IMG/VR virus record: IMGVR_UViG_3300045988_134234
Coordinates: 1-55,008 of that record
Source of the DNA: a virus
Taxonomy: Duplodnaviria > Heunggongvirae > Uroviricota > Caudoviricetes
DNA length: 55,008 bases
Strand: one strand, 5' to 3'
In this document: positions 36,029-45,549 of the stretch, one piece after another
Position numbering within the stretch: position 1 is the first letter of the stretch
Layout of the letters: each line of letters starts with the position of its first letter
Notes under the pieces: generated by a model
What the model was told of the DNA's origin: nothing
Database searches by the model: none
Seen by the model: the letters and a program-made list of their open reading frames with translations, nothing else
Made by a program: the position numbers and the translations under genes

Positions 36029-36463
36029 CTACCCCACGATTCGATATTTCTCTATAGACTCGTCGTAACTTGTGTATACGTATGGCTCTGTATCATCAGC
36101 ATAAGGCGCGACTTCCAGAGCATGAACGGGATTGTATACCGCGTCATTTTCCAGGCGATCGCTCGAATACAGATGCCCGGCTAAAACCGTAAGCGCCGGG
36201 CGACTCATTTTGTAGATCTCTGCCACATCACTATCTACAACTTGTCCAAATGATATGTCGCCGCGCTCCAGCAATAACGTTTTAAGCGCAGGCCACCACG
36301 GCCCATAAAGGTGATAAAGCTGTGGATCTCTTTTCAGCCTTTCCACCATGCCATCCAGATATGCATCCAGAAACGCCTCTTCACTCCTGCCATTGAGCGC
36401 CTGCGGCAAAATGTCCTCAAGGTAGGATTCCGTCGGTTTTACAGTGTCAATTAATGTCGTCAT
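36029..36463 (-). CDS. hypothetical protein (144 aa)
   Basis: ORF downstream of DarB-like gene. Confidence 0.45.
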   Translation of the reverse strand: MTTLIDTVKPTESYLEDILPQALNGRSEEAFLDAYLDGMVERLKRDPQLYHLYGPWWPALKTLLLERGDISFGQVVDSDVAEIYKMSRPALTVLAGHLYSSDRLENDAVYNPVHALEVAPYADDTEPYVYTSYDESIEKYRIVG

Positions 36464-36499
36464 TCAAATTCGGCCCCGGATGGGGCCGCTCCTTATCTG

Positions 36500-39400
36500 T
36501 TAGGCCGCATCGGCGATTATTTTACGCAGTTCATCTACCGAGTAACGCGTAGATACCATCCATGCCGGACGGTCAAAGTTCACATCAGCAACCGGGTTTG
36601 CTTCAAAATTCCAGAAACGCCCGCCAATCTTCTTAATCGCGTCTTTGGCGTTCCGTATTGTCGAGGAACCAGGTTGGTCGGCAATGAGATAAACCGCGCC
36701 AACGTCCTCGCTGACGCTCCACCAGCGCCCGCGAACACGCGCCTTAGCGCGAATCGGCTTATCATTAACCACAATGATATAGTCATCATTCGCCGCTTCA
36801 TCAGCTCTGGCTTCTGCCACTGCCGCCTGCTCTTCTCTTTTGCTTTCAGCCTGTTCAAGCCTTTCCGCGATCTCTGATTCGGTGGCTCCGCCGTTTTTCA
36901 GCGATACATAGTCTTGCCACGTTGCTGATTTGAGCGCATCCGGCAACTCATTCACATAGTCACCGTCTTTCAACTCACGGGCGCGGCGGGTAGCCATTTC
37001 TACCAGGCGATTAACAGAAACAGCATCAGCAAAATCGTCCTTACTAATGTGTTTTTCATCAAATGCATTGATGACAGCCCCCACCTTAATCCACTGTGCT
37101 GCCGGTGATTCCAGGGGGTTATCAGCCTGGACAATGGCGAGTTTCGCTCCATCTACCCCATTATTCGCCAACTGTTCCAGTGCCGCCCATCCATCTGCAT
37201 CACTGAGTGATTTATATTGCTCAAACAATGCATCGCGCCAGGCCACCAGCGCAGAACGTGTTTTTTCGATCTTCGTCTTAATTTTCGCGATCTTGACCTG
37301 ATTAAACATCCGTTCAATATCATCGATATTGCTAAAGGCTTTCATCCTGCCCTTGAATAAACGGTATGCCAGCACGGTCCTCCAGAATGATTCCAGACCT
37401 TCTCCGGACGGTTTGCGGAACAAGCTAAGAATATCTTCAGAAGTGACTTTATTAAGCGAACGACCTGACAGACCACGCCCAGCCATCCAGTTTTCGAACT
37501 CCTGGGCAACATCATCCATCGTTGCCTGTGCGCCCCATGCCTGCATTCCCTGGATGTAATCATACCCATACAATGCCTGGAGGAATCCCTCACCGTCCAC
37601 GATATTCAGCGGGTTATCACTGGCTTGTATTTTTGCCACTTCACGCTTCAGCGCCTCATCGTTGCCATCTGGATATATCCATCGTTCAGGTGCTATATCC
37701 GATGCTCGCCCGATTTTTTGGCCTATCACGCCATCATAGGCCGATGACAGCGCGATCTGACCATCATCTGTGCGATATGCCCAGTATTTAATAGCTGACC
37801 CACCGCCCCATGCATTACCAGGTTTACCAGCAATAACATTCATTACCCCATTGCGAATAGCATCATAGAACTGATCGCGAGTAAGTATTGTTGATAGCTG
37901 GTGGCACTGAACACCACGCGCAGCCGTTGCGCGCGATTCAGCTACCCCCTCTTCAAAAGTTACCGCTTCAATCACAGAGTCAAACGGCAATGTAACGATT
38001 GACCCCGGTGATCGAGCGTAACGACTTGCTCTATCCAGCCAGGCGATACGGCAGAGGTATTGTGCTTTTTCACCGTCAATTTTTTCCACCCGGACAATCG
38101 CTGTTGTTTCGCGATCATCAATGACTGCACGGTAATAACTACCTTTATGCAACAGGATATTCTTGTCAGTGCGCATATATTCCTGTGGGTTCTGAATAAC
38201 ATCGATACTGATATCCAGCACACCAGACTTAATAGCGCGCTCCACATCACCACGAGAGCGTTTCATTATGGTATCCGCGTCTTTTGCCCTGGTGATCGCA
38301 AACCGCAGCACCCGCGCACGTTTTCTGTAGCTACTCAACTGCTCAAGCGCGAATTTTTGCCCATTCCTGTTCGTACCCGCTTTTATCAGGTCGTCAAGAT
38401 TTCGCTGGTAATACTCTATCTGTTCCATCGCGCTTTTCAGTTCTGTCTCCATCATGCCGATATCTTTTCCAGCGGCGTTTGCCGCTTTCAGGTAGATATC
38501 GAGAGCATTGTTGGCCTCGCGCTGTGCTTTCAGTTTCAGACGTTCTTCACGCTCTTGCGCCTGGCGAGCCATGATTGCGCGGCGTTCTTCCGGGTTTGCC
38601 GCCAGCATAATGGCGCGTTCATCAGCATCATCCGCATCACCATTGGCGATCTCTGACATGTCGGAGGTCATCACCATCTTGATCCAGTCTTTCTTACGTT
38701 TCAGCGTATCCAGACGGAAGTCGTCGAATGTGCCTTTGCCACAATAGTAGTGAACATTGACCTTCTCTTGCGGTGAACCTACGCGCGCACCGCGCCCATT
38801 TCGTTGGTCGATACTGGCTGGTGTCCAGGGTAGTGTCAGGTGGTGGATATCGGTTGTCCCGATATGCAGGTTAATACCTACTTCAGCCTTCTTGTTACAG
38901 ATAATGATGCGCGTGCGCCCTTCGTTATAGTCGGCGGCAATGCCTTCCATACCCTCAAGGCCAGCATCATTTTTAGCTGAGAGATAATCCTCATATTGGG
39001 CAAGTTTGCTGTAGTAGGTTTCCCATGCCCCTTCTTTGTATTCACCGTTTTTATTCGGAGTAGGTTCAGTCGGCTTATTCACCTTCTTCAGCTTGATGCC
39101 GCCAGCCTGGCTAACGGTCGTCGCATTGATAATGCCTATCTCCTGCTCCGGCATTTGCAGTGCACTGGCGATAATACGGCGCAGCTTCTGGTGCTGGGCT
39201 TTTTCATCAATGAAGACAATTTGTTTACCGTTCTTCAGACCTTCACGAAGGTTTTCGATCAGCGCGGCATACTTCGGCGGGATGGGGTGTGATACCTGCT
39301 GCAGATCAATCCCGGCGGCAGCAATGGCCTTCAGTATTTCAGCTTCCAGTTCAATGCTGGCACGTATTTCAACATGCGCCGGATGTTCACTAAAGGTGGT

Positions 39401-42400
39401 CTTCACTACCTTACTGGTGCGCGTACTAACCAGCCCACCAGCGCCGTCTTCTTCGGCCTCGTCTGCATCATCTGCCACTTTACCGCCAGCTACTTTTGGC
39501 AGGGCATCAGCAATAGCTTTTACCTTGTCTGCAAGCTCAACGGGGAACTGGAATGTAATCGCACTGGCATACAGATCCGGATCTATAGCAACCTTATCCA
39601 TGTCGCGGATGATGGAGAAGATGAAATCATCCGGTTTTTCGTTTGTGATATGCCCGTTTTCATCAACCGTCAGCGCATCTTTACTACTTAACTCCTGTGC
39701 ACGCTTACGAAGCTCTTCATAAGCAGCCTCCTGCTCCCCTGTCATCGGGATCTGCAAGGTATTCTCGACAATATCAGGGATTTTAACCGTCGCCCCGACG
39801 TCCGCAGCAGTCTTCAGAGTAGTCCAGCGATGGAAAATACCACGCAGGCCATCAAGGTTCTGGAAGCCAACCAGCCCCTGCTTCTCTTCCACTTCCCCGG
39901 AAATTTTCTGGACCTGAACTGTGGCTGTTTTACCAAACACACGAACGAAATCATCAGGCGTAATGATGCCCATGCGCATCCACTCTTCCTGCGGAATGAC
40001 AGTAGACAGCATGTTGAAGGCATCAATCGGACTGTTCACCAGCGGTGTTGCCGTCAGCATCACTACACCACGCCCGTTGTTGCGTTTCATCATGTACGCA
40101 GCTTTTACAGCCATGTCGCGGGCCATCTTGGATACTGCCGGGTTAGGCAAATATGCCAGTTGTCCCGCTTCACGCCCGGCATTAAAGGAGTTGCGGTAGT
40201 TATGCCCCTCGTCGGCAATCACGCTATCGAAGTTCATATCCTCAAAGTACGGGATATTCTGCTTCTTCGTTGTACCGGTATTCGCGGCCTGATCCTTAAT
40301 CTTGTTCTTCTTCTGCGCATCACGGTGTTTACCAGACGCCAGGTCAAGACGCCCCATTTCCACAGCATTAAAGACAGCTTGCTGTGAGTTCTCCTCGATG
40401 GTTTTTTCTCGTAGCGGGATAGACGCGAATTGTTCTTTTGTCATGATGACCGTTCGCCAATTTGACGACGGGATCATGTTCATGCGCTGAACGATAACGG
40501 CGCTGGCGGACTCTTTCACAACATTTCTGGTAAGAGGCTGCCCGTTACTGTCGAGGCGTGGTTCGCCATTTTCATCAAGCACCGGCGCGGTCAGAATATT
40601 TCCGCTGTCATCACGAACTTCATCCAGACCGATAAACATCATATTGGCGAAGGCATCAGCACTGTAGAAGCTCTGTGCCTCGTGATACCAGTTCTGATAA
40701 ACCGCCTTCGGAACAACAATACACGTGCGTTTAGTACGACCTGTTTCGAAGTTATACGCCTCAAGCGCAAGCGCGGTCGTGGTTTTACCCAGCCCGGTAC
40801 CAAATCCCATGATGCCGCGCCCATCTTCTGACAAGCGACGAACTTCTTCATTCTGATAAGTCAGAGGAATGCGCTTTCCACTAATCCCTTCCAGGCCAAG
40901 CGGTGCGTTAGAGTGCGTGAACGGAATGAAGCCATTGAATGCGTCGTTATAGTCACGGGCTATCTGATCCGCCTGCGGGTGGGTGCGTAACCAGTCGTTA
41001 AAGCTAACTTCCAGTTGAGCAATTTTATCCAGGTACTCGTTAGCGTTCTGCCCACGCGGTTTAACACCGTTCAGGTAGTTTTCTAACTGGTTCAGGAAGC
41101 CGTCTTTATTGTTGGCCTTCTTGAACTCATTCCCGTTTTTGCCGTTTACGGTTCGTAGCTGATAGCCGGTAAATACCCCGTCCTTACCTTCGTAATCGTC
41201 CGGAGATACCAGAATGCCATCGACGACCTTCAGATCAGGTTCAGTGTACTTAAACTCGTCATAGCCCTGCTCTGCCAGGAACTCTTTTATCAAGCGGCGA
41301 TCCAGCCAGCGGGCGTTCAGATTAACGGTGACTTTATTTAGTGGCGTGAAAATGCGTTTCTCTTCGATTTTCGCCAACTGACGCTCAAAGTTCGCTTTCT
41401 GCTCACCTGTTGATGCATCACGCCAGCCCACCAGCAATGCTGTTTTGGTTACAATATCGCCGCTGGTGGCGCGGTCCATCGGCAGCAGGCAGCCATACCC
41501 ATCAATAGCGATATCATCAAATTTCGCCAGGTATTCAAGGGCCGCGTCGTCGTCCTCTGGCAGTTCACCAGCAAACGCCTCACGAAAGTCGCCCAGCGTT
41601 ATAGGATTAAGGGCTACATCACTGAAAAGATGTGCTATCACTTGTTCCGGACGTGTAAAGTCAATACCGGCAGCACCATCCGTTACATCAAGTCGCCCTG
41701 CCAGAAGGTCAGAAGTGGAACCATCCTGTTTCACATTGCCAGTGAACGTCATCCAGTTTTTAGCGCCAGCTTCAGCAAGCCCATTCAGCTTAATCGCGTG
41801 CGGTGGTCCATACTTCGCAACTTCTGCTGCCGCCAGGCGGGATGCATCTGCCAGTTTGTCATCAACGTTCACCCCCAGGTTACGCAAATCAAGTGCCTTG
41901 TTGATCAACTGCCCTATCAACGCACCGCGCATAACGCGCTCCCTGTCTTTTTCTCGCTGTTTGCCAGCAAAGCGAATCATTGCTGCCACTTCATCACTGA
42001 CAACCGATGGATAGTCGGACGCGATCGCCGATATCTGGTCCCATGACAAAGCCAGAATCCCGTTTGTTGACTGGAACGCGATCTGCAGATCGCCAAACGT
42101 CGAAACACCATATCGACTTACATCAAGCGCGGAGGATTTGGTTGTCGTGTCCTTAACCCATTTCAGGCCATCAAACTCATGCCAGATACCGCCTACAAGA
42201 CGCTTATCCCCTACTTTTGCGCCCTGCCATGCCTGGGTAGTTACTCCGAGCAAATCCCAATTAATACGGCTTTCAAAGCGGCGTGATAACGCGGTTTTCA
42301 TCGACTCATTGGATACACGACCGTCCTTTTTCACCACCAGGGTATTGCGGAAGCTGGTGCGTTCCATGTCGCCGTAAACAAATCGCTTCCCTTCGGTTGT

Positions 42401-43351
42401 AAACCATTTCCCTTTGAGGAAGGTATCCCAAAGGACGTTTGCCGATTTGAGCGTTGCATCATCCGTGTCGGGGATCATCTCCAGGAAGGTTTCCGGGTGT
42501 TTACGCAATACCCATACGTCCACCACGGTATCTGTACCGGATTCGCTGAACGTACCAGAAGGCATACGATGCGCGCCCAAAAATTCCGCTTTACGGCTGA
42601 CTTTATCGCGCAATTTTTTGTATTTCGTACCATCGGTCATGCCATTCGGCACCACCAATACAATTAGTCCACCAGGCTTAACCTTGTCGATCGTGCGCAG
42701 CACAAAATAATTGCCAACGTTCTTCTCGTTTGCATATGCCGGATCAAGCCCGGCGACGCCGGAACGCCCTTCACCAAACGGTACGTTACCAACTGCGTGG
42801 TCATACATTGCATCTTTCGCCGCCAGCGCCTCAAACGCCCCGATATTCACATCATCTTCCGGGTGCAAAAGCTGGTTTATTCGACCGGAGATCGGAGACA
42901 GTTCGGCGCTGGTCATTATCATGCCCTGCCGTTTTGTCTCCTGGAAAATACCTGTGCCTGCTGACGGTTCCAGTACGTGACCGCTATCAATACCGTAGTC
43001 GCCGAAGAGATCCCATATACCTTCTGCCATAAACTGTGGCGTATAGTATTCGTATTGGCTGCCCTCACCATCTGTCAGGCCGCCTTCACCGGTATACCCG
43101 GCAAGAATCTGACGCTGTTCGTCAGTTAATTTCGCCCCATCGAAGCCAGGCGGAAGGGAATTAAGAAGATTTACTGCGGCGTTGTTTGCTGCCCGGCGTG
43201 TTTTCTGAATACTGACGCCATCGACTTTCTTAACGCCAAAGGTCACTACAGCTCGCGGTTTATGCAACCGACTAACAATTTCAATCAGCGCCCCAATGCT
43301 GGTGGCCTGGCTAATTGAATCAATTATTTTGTCCAAAGGAAGCCCCCTCAA
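36500..43351 (-). CDS. darB: giant methyltransferase-helicase (P1 DarB-like antirestriction protein)
   Basis: 2283 aa; N6-MTase motifs EPSAGTGIF and NVPFGE; SF2 helicase motifs GFGTGLGKTT, DEGHNYRN, TATPLVNS, QRNGRGARVG; size close to recalled P1 DarB (about 2255 aa). Confidence 0.7.
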   Translation of the reverse strand: MRGLPLDKIIDSISQATSIGALIEIVSRLHKPRAVVTFGVKKVDGVSIQKTRRAANNAAVNLLNSLPPGFDGAKLTDEQRQILAGYTGEGGLTDGEGSQYEYYTPQFMAEGIWDLFGDYGIDSGHVLEPSAGTGIFQETKRQGMIMTSAELSPISGRINQLLHPEDDVNIGAFEALAAKDAMYDHAVGNVPFGEGRSGVAGLDPAYANEKNVGNYFVLRTIDKVKPGGLIVLVVPNGMTDGTKYKKLRDKVSRKAEFLGAHRMPSGTFSESGTDTVVDVWVLRKHPETFLEMIPDTDDATLKSANVLWDTFLKGKWFTTEGKRFVYGDMERTSFRNTLVVKKDGRVSNESMKTALSRRFESRINWDLLGVTTQAWQGAKVGDKRLVGGIWHEFDGLKWVKDTTTKSSALDVSRYGVSTFGDLQIAFQSTNGILALSWDQISAIASDYPSVVSDEVAAMIRFAGKQREKDRERVMRGALIGQLINKALDLRNLGVNVDDKLADASRLAAAEVAKYGPPHAIKLNGLAEAGAKNWMTFTGNVKQDGSTSDLLAGRLDVTDGAAGIDFTRPEQVIAHLFSDVALNPITLGDFREAFAGELPEDDDAALEYLAKFDDIAIDGYGCLLPMDRATSGDIVTKTALLVGWRDASTGEQKANFERQLAKIEEKRIFTPLNKVTVNLNARWLDRRLIKEFLAEQGYDEFKYTEPDLKVVDGILVSPDDYEGKDGVFTGYQLRTVNGKNGNEFKKANNKDGFLNQLENYLNGVKPRGQNANEYLDKIAQLEVSFNDWLRTHPQADQIARDYNDAFNGFIPFTHSNAPLGLEGISGKRIPLTYQNEEVRRLSEDGRGIMGFGTGLGKTTTALALEAYNFETGRTKRTCIVVPKAVYQNWYHEAQSFYSADAFANMMFIGLDEVRDDSGNILTAPVLDENGEPRLDSNGQPLTRNVVKESASAVIVQRMNMIPSSNWRTVIMTKEQFASIPLREKTIEENSQQAVFNAVEMGRLDLASGKHRDAQKKNKIKDQAANTGTTKKQNIPYFEDMNFDSVIADEGHNYRNSFNAGREAGQLAYLPNPAVSKMARDMAVKAAYMMKRNNGRGVVMLTATPLVNSPIDAFNMLSTVIPQEEWMRMGIITPDDFVRVFGKTATVQVQKISGEVEEKQGLVGFQNLDGLRGIFHRWTTLKTAADVGATVKIPDIVENTLQIPMTGEQEAAYEELRKRAQELSSKDALTVDENGHITNEKPDDFIFSIIRDMDKVAIDPDLYASAITFQFPVELADKVKAIADALPKVAGGKVADDADEAEEDGAGGLVSTRTSKVVKTTFSEHPAHVEIRASIELEAEILKAIAAAGIDLQQVSHPIPPKYAALIENLREGLKNGKQIVFIDEKAQHQKLRRIIASALQMPEQEIGIINATTVSQAGGIKLKKVNKPTEPTPNKNGEYKEGAWETYYSKLAQYEDYLSAKNDAGLEGMEGIAADYNEGRTRIIICNKKAEVGINLHIGTTDIHHLTLPWTPASIDQRNGRGARVGSPQEKVNVHYYCGKGTFDDFRLDTLKRKKDWIKMVMTSDMSEIANGDADDADERAIMLAANPEERRAIMARQAQEREERLKLKAQREANNALDIYLKAANAAGKDIGMMETELKSAMEQIEYYQRNLDDLIKAGTNRNGQKFALEQLSSYRKRARVLRFAITRAKDADTIMKRSRGDVERAIKSGVLDISIDVIQNPQEYMRTDKNILLHKGSYYRAVIDDRETTAIVRVEKIDGEKAQYLCRIAWLDRASRYARSPGSIVTLPFDSVIEAVTFEEGVAESRATAARGVQCHQLSTILTRDQFYDAIRNGVMNVIAGKPGNAWGGGSAIKYWAYRTDDGQIALSSAYDGVIGQKIGRASDIAPERWIYPDGNDEALKREVAKIQASDNPLNIVDGEGFLQALYGYDYIQGMQAWGAQATMDDVAQEFENWMAGRGLSGRSLNKVTSEDILSLFRKPSGEGLESFWRTVLAYRLFKGRMKAFSNIDDIERMFNQVKIAKIKTKIEKTRSALVAWRDALFEQYKSLSDADGWAALEQLANNGVDGAKLAIVQADNPLESPAAQWIKVGAVINAFDEKHISKDDFADAVSVNRLVEMATRRARELKDGDYVNELPDALKSATWQDYVSLKNGGATESEIAERLEQAESKREEQAAVAEARADEAANDDYIIVVNDKPIRAKARVRGRWWSVSEDVGAVYLIADQPGSSTIRNAKDAIKKIGGRFWNFEANPVADVNFDRPAWMVSTRYSVDELRKIIADAA

Positions 43352-43488
43352 AACCGTTAAATCCGCCTTAAGCGGTTCGGTTTGAGAGGGTATGGAGAAT
43401 GTTATTTTCAGGGATGAACGACACTACCGTCAAAATCACATACTCACCATAGTTTGCCTACTTATTAACCCATGAGCGGGAGAAATAT

Positions 43489-43974
43489 ATGGCAAACATT
43501 GAACCTCGCTGGCTTATTGAGGCCCGTAAAAATATTGGAGTCACCGAAATAAAAGGAGCGAAACACAATCCAGAGATCGTTCAGTTCTGGCGGGATATTA
43601 AGCGCAGCGGAATTAAAGACGACGAAACGCCGTGGTGCGCTGCATTTGTTGGTGCAATGCTGGAACGTGTAGGTATCCGCTCAACAAGATTTGAGTCGGC
43701 AAAATCCTATCTGGATTGGGGCGAGAAATTAGATACACCGGCATACGGATGTATCGTTGTATTTACTCGCGCAGGCGGTGGGCATGTAGGCTTTGTTGTC
43801 GGACACCGCGCCAATGGCGATCTGCTTGTCTTGGGTGGGAACCAGGGGGATGCTGTTAATATTCGCGCATTCCCAACATCAAGAGTGTCTGGCTATCGCT
43901 GGCCTGCTGGCGAACCACGCAATACAGCTCTGTTACCAGTCGGAGACGCAGCAACCTCAACTAATGAGGCATAA
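43489..43974 (+). CDS. NlpC/P60- or CHAP-like peptidase family protein
   Basis: Conserved Cys (TPWCAAFVG) and His (GGGHVGFVVG) spacing typical of papain-like cell-wall hydrolases. Confidence 0.5.
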   Translation: MANIEPRWLIEARKNIGVTEIKGAKHNPEIVQFWRDIKRSGIKDDETPWCAAFVGAMLERVGIRSTRFESAKSYLDWGEKLDTPAYGCIVVFTRAGGGHVGFVVGHRANGDLLVLGGNQGDAVNIRAFPTSRVSGYRWPAGEPRNTALLPVGDAATSTNEA

Positions 43975-43978
43975 AAAA

Positions 43979-43997
43979 GCCCCGGCCAGGCCGGGGC
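43979..43997. terminator. GC-rich hairpin between convergent genes
   Basis: GCCCCGG-ccagg-CCGGGGC; A6/T6 on one side. Confidence 0.45.
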
Positions 43998-44005
43998 ATC
44001 ACACT

Positions 44006-44218
44006 TCAAGTTACGATCCAATCATTACCGACTGCATCCGCCGTCGATAAATCGACTTCCCGGATCTGGTATCCATTGATACAAAACCATCCAGTAGTAG
44101 AGCTATTATCAGGCCAGACCCATACACCAACACTCCATGCTTTACGGCGGCACACTTCAGCCTGTCCTTCCCTGATTTTTTTTACCGCCTGCATGATGTC
44201 CATCACTCGCCTCCCCAA
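44006..44218 (-). CDS. DUF2829-like small protein (separate ORF; fused to Rha-like gene in the first module)
   Basis: AVKKIREGQAEVCRRKAW...VWVWP...NDWIVT parallels C-terminus of 3237..4163 product; overlaps upstream ORF by 16 nt in a different frame. Confidence 0.4.
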   Translation of the reverse strand: MGRRVMDIMQAVKKIREGQAEVCRRKAWSVGVWVWPDNSSTTGWFCINGYQIREVDLSTADAVGNDWIVT

Positions 44219-44910
44219 CCGATTACCTGGAATTGCCCCATCCTTGGGTGATACCAGCGTTTTCCTCGGTGTTCAGCCTCCGACATCATCAGGGTAAAGG
44301 CATTCATGAAGGGAGATAAGGCCACAATAGTACGACGCGACAATACCCCCTCTGGCGTCAAAAACTCATGCGTATCTGTGGGGATCCGGTAAGCGTTGAC
44401 CAGGTTGCGGCATTTGGCTTCAGTCAGGCCGCATTTCGCCGCCAACTGGCGATAGCCAATGTAGCCTTCTGGTATGTTGCCTTTCTTGATCTGCTCGACG
44501 GTTTCAGCGACCTGGCTAACCTTTGACTCAACAGCATGAAGCCGCTTTTGCTGCTGAACTGCATTCGCAGCCATTGCAGCGATCATCTCTATTTCGGTCA
44601 ACGGCTGGCGTACTTGTTCTTCCAGTTCGCGCCAGCGGTCCACCAGCCGGGCGGTGAATTCGGGAGAGAGCTGCGCGACGACGATAATGCTATCGCGCTT
44701 GCCTTGCTCGCCTTCGAAGACGTAAGCCTCAACACTACGTCGTAGTCCTAAGTTATTGATTTTTTCGAAAACCTCAATTTGAGGACGAACAATAACGCCA
44801 CCTTTGGCTAATGTCTCAATAGTGCGTTTCACATTGTCATGACGTTTTCCCACCAGCTCCGCGATCTCAATGCTGGTCATTGATGGCTTTTCGAGAATGC
44901 AGATATCCAT
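44203..44910 (-). CDS. Rha-family regulatory/antirepressor-like protein (paralog of 3237..4163)
   Basis: IEIAELVGKRHDNVKRTIETL; long stretches identical to the first module. Confidence 0.6.
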   Translation of the reverse strand: MDICILEKPSMTSIEIAELVGKRHDNVKRTIETLAKGGVIVRPQIEVFEKINNLGLRRSVEAYVFEGEQGKRDSIIVVAQLSPEFTARLVDRWRELEEQVRQPLTEIEMIAAMAANAVQQQKRLHAVESKVSQVAETVEQIKKGNIPEGYIGYRQLAAKCGLTEAKCRNLVNAYRIPTDTHEFLTPEGVLSRRTIVALSPFMNAFTLMMSEAEHRGKRWYHPRMGQFQVIGWGGE

Positions 44911-45134
44911 CAGTGAGCCTCCGCAATGCCGGGATTGGTAATATTGCGATACCAGGGATTGGTGTTTGGTTGTGGGGAAGTAGAGAAACGACCAGTGAGA
45001 ACGCCATACTGATCAGGGATCAGAGAACGGGCTTCTTTTTCAGTTGCGGCAATTGCGAAGTGATCGCAGTGTTTTTGCAGGGAGTGAAAACGCCAGATGA
45101 ATTCTGGACGTGAGCAAGGATTGGCATTAACCAT
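44910..45134 (-). CDS. small protein (paralog of 4163..4378)
   Basis: EFIWRFHSLQKH...AIAATEKEARS. Confidence 0.5.
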   Translation of the reverse strand: MVNANPCSRPEFIWRFHSLQKHCDHFAIAATEKEARSLIPDQYGVLTGRFSTSPQPNTNPWYRNITNPGIAEAH

Positions 45135-45159
45135 AGTTACGGCCTCGTAAGTTGATAAA

Positions 45160-45360
45160 CAACCTGCGACCCGCTGTCAAACAGGTGGCAGGACGTGACA
45201 GGGTTGACAGACTGGCACTTACGAAACCAGCAGGCCGAAGCCTCCCCATCACGCCCCACCATAATTCGGGCGTAACGTGGTTTTACGGACACAAAAATAC
45301 CGCAATATCGGAAATGTGCGGTTGTCCGCGTAAGTATTCAGGCTGTCAAACCTGGTCGCA
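45160..45360. repeat. TGTCAAAC / GTTGACAG short repeats in leader region
   Basis: CGCTGTCAAACAGG, GGGTTGACAGACTGG, GGCTGTCAAACCTGG: two direct copies plus one complementary copy. Confidence 0.4.
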
Positions 45361-45462
45361 GAATTTGCTACGACGGCATGAATATAAGCCTGAACATTAG
45401 AAAGATCAACAGAATTTTTATCAAATGCTGTTTTTTAGTGACAATGTAAATCATACATTCTT

Positions 45463-45491
45463 GATTAGAAACATCAATTTAATTTTCTAAC
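45463..45491. promoter_or_regulatory. operator-like inverted pair GATTAGAAA...TTTTCTAACA (plus a single copy at about 45395..45410)
   Basis: Upstream of second Icd/Ant-like module. Confidence 0.5.
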
Positions 45492-45549
45492 ATACATTTT
45501 CGAGCGATGAAATTCCCGCCGCACGGTTATTGTACAGTCAATCGCAACA

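Noticed and set aside
36580-43032. Numerous 60-230 aa ORFs on both strands inside the 36500..43351 gene
   Set aside because: All are embedded in or antisense to the single 2283-aa ORF that carries coherent MTase and helicase motifs; none has independent support.
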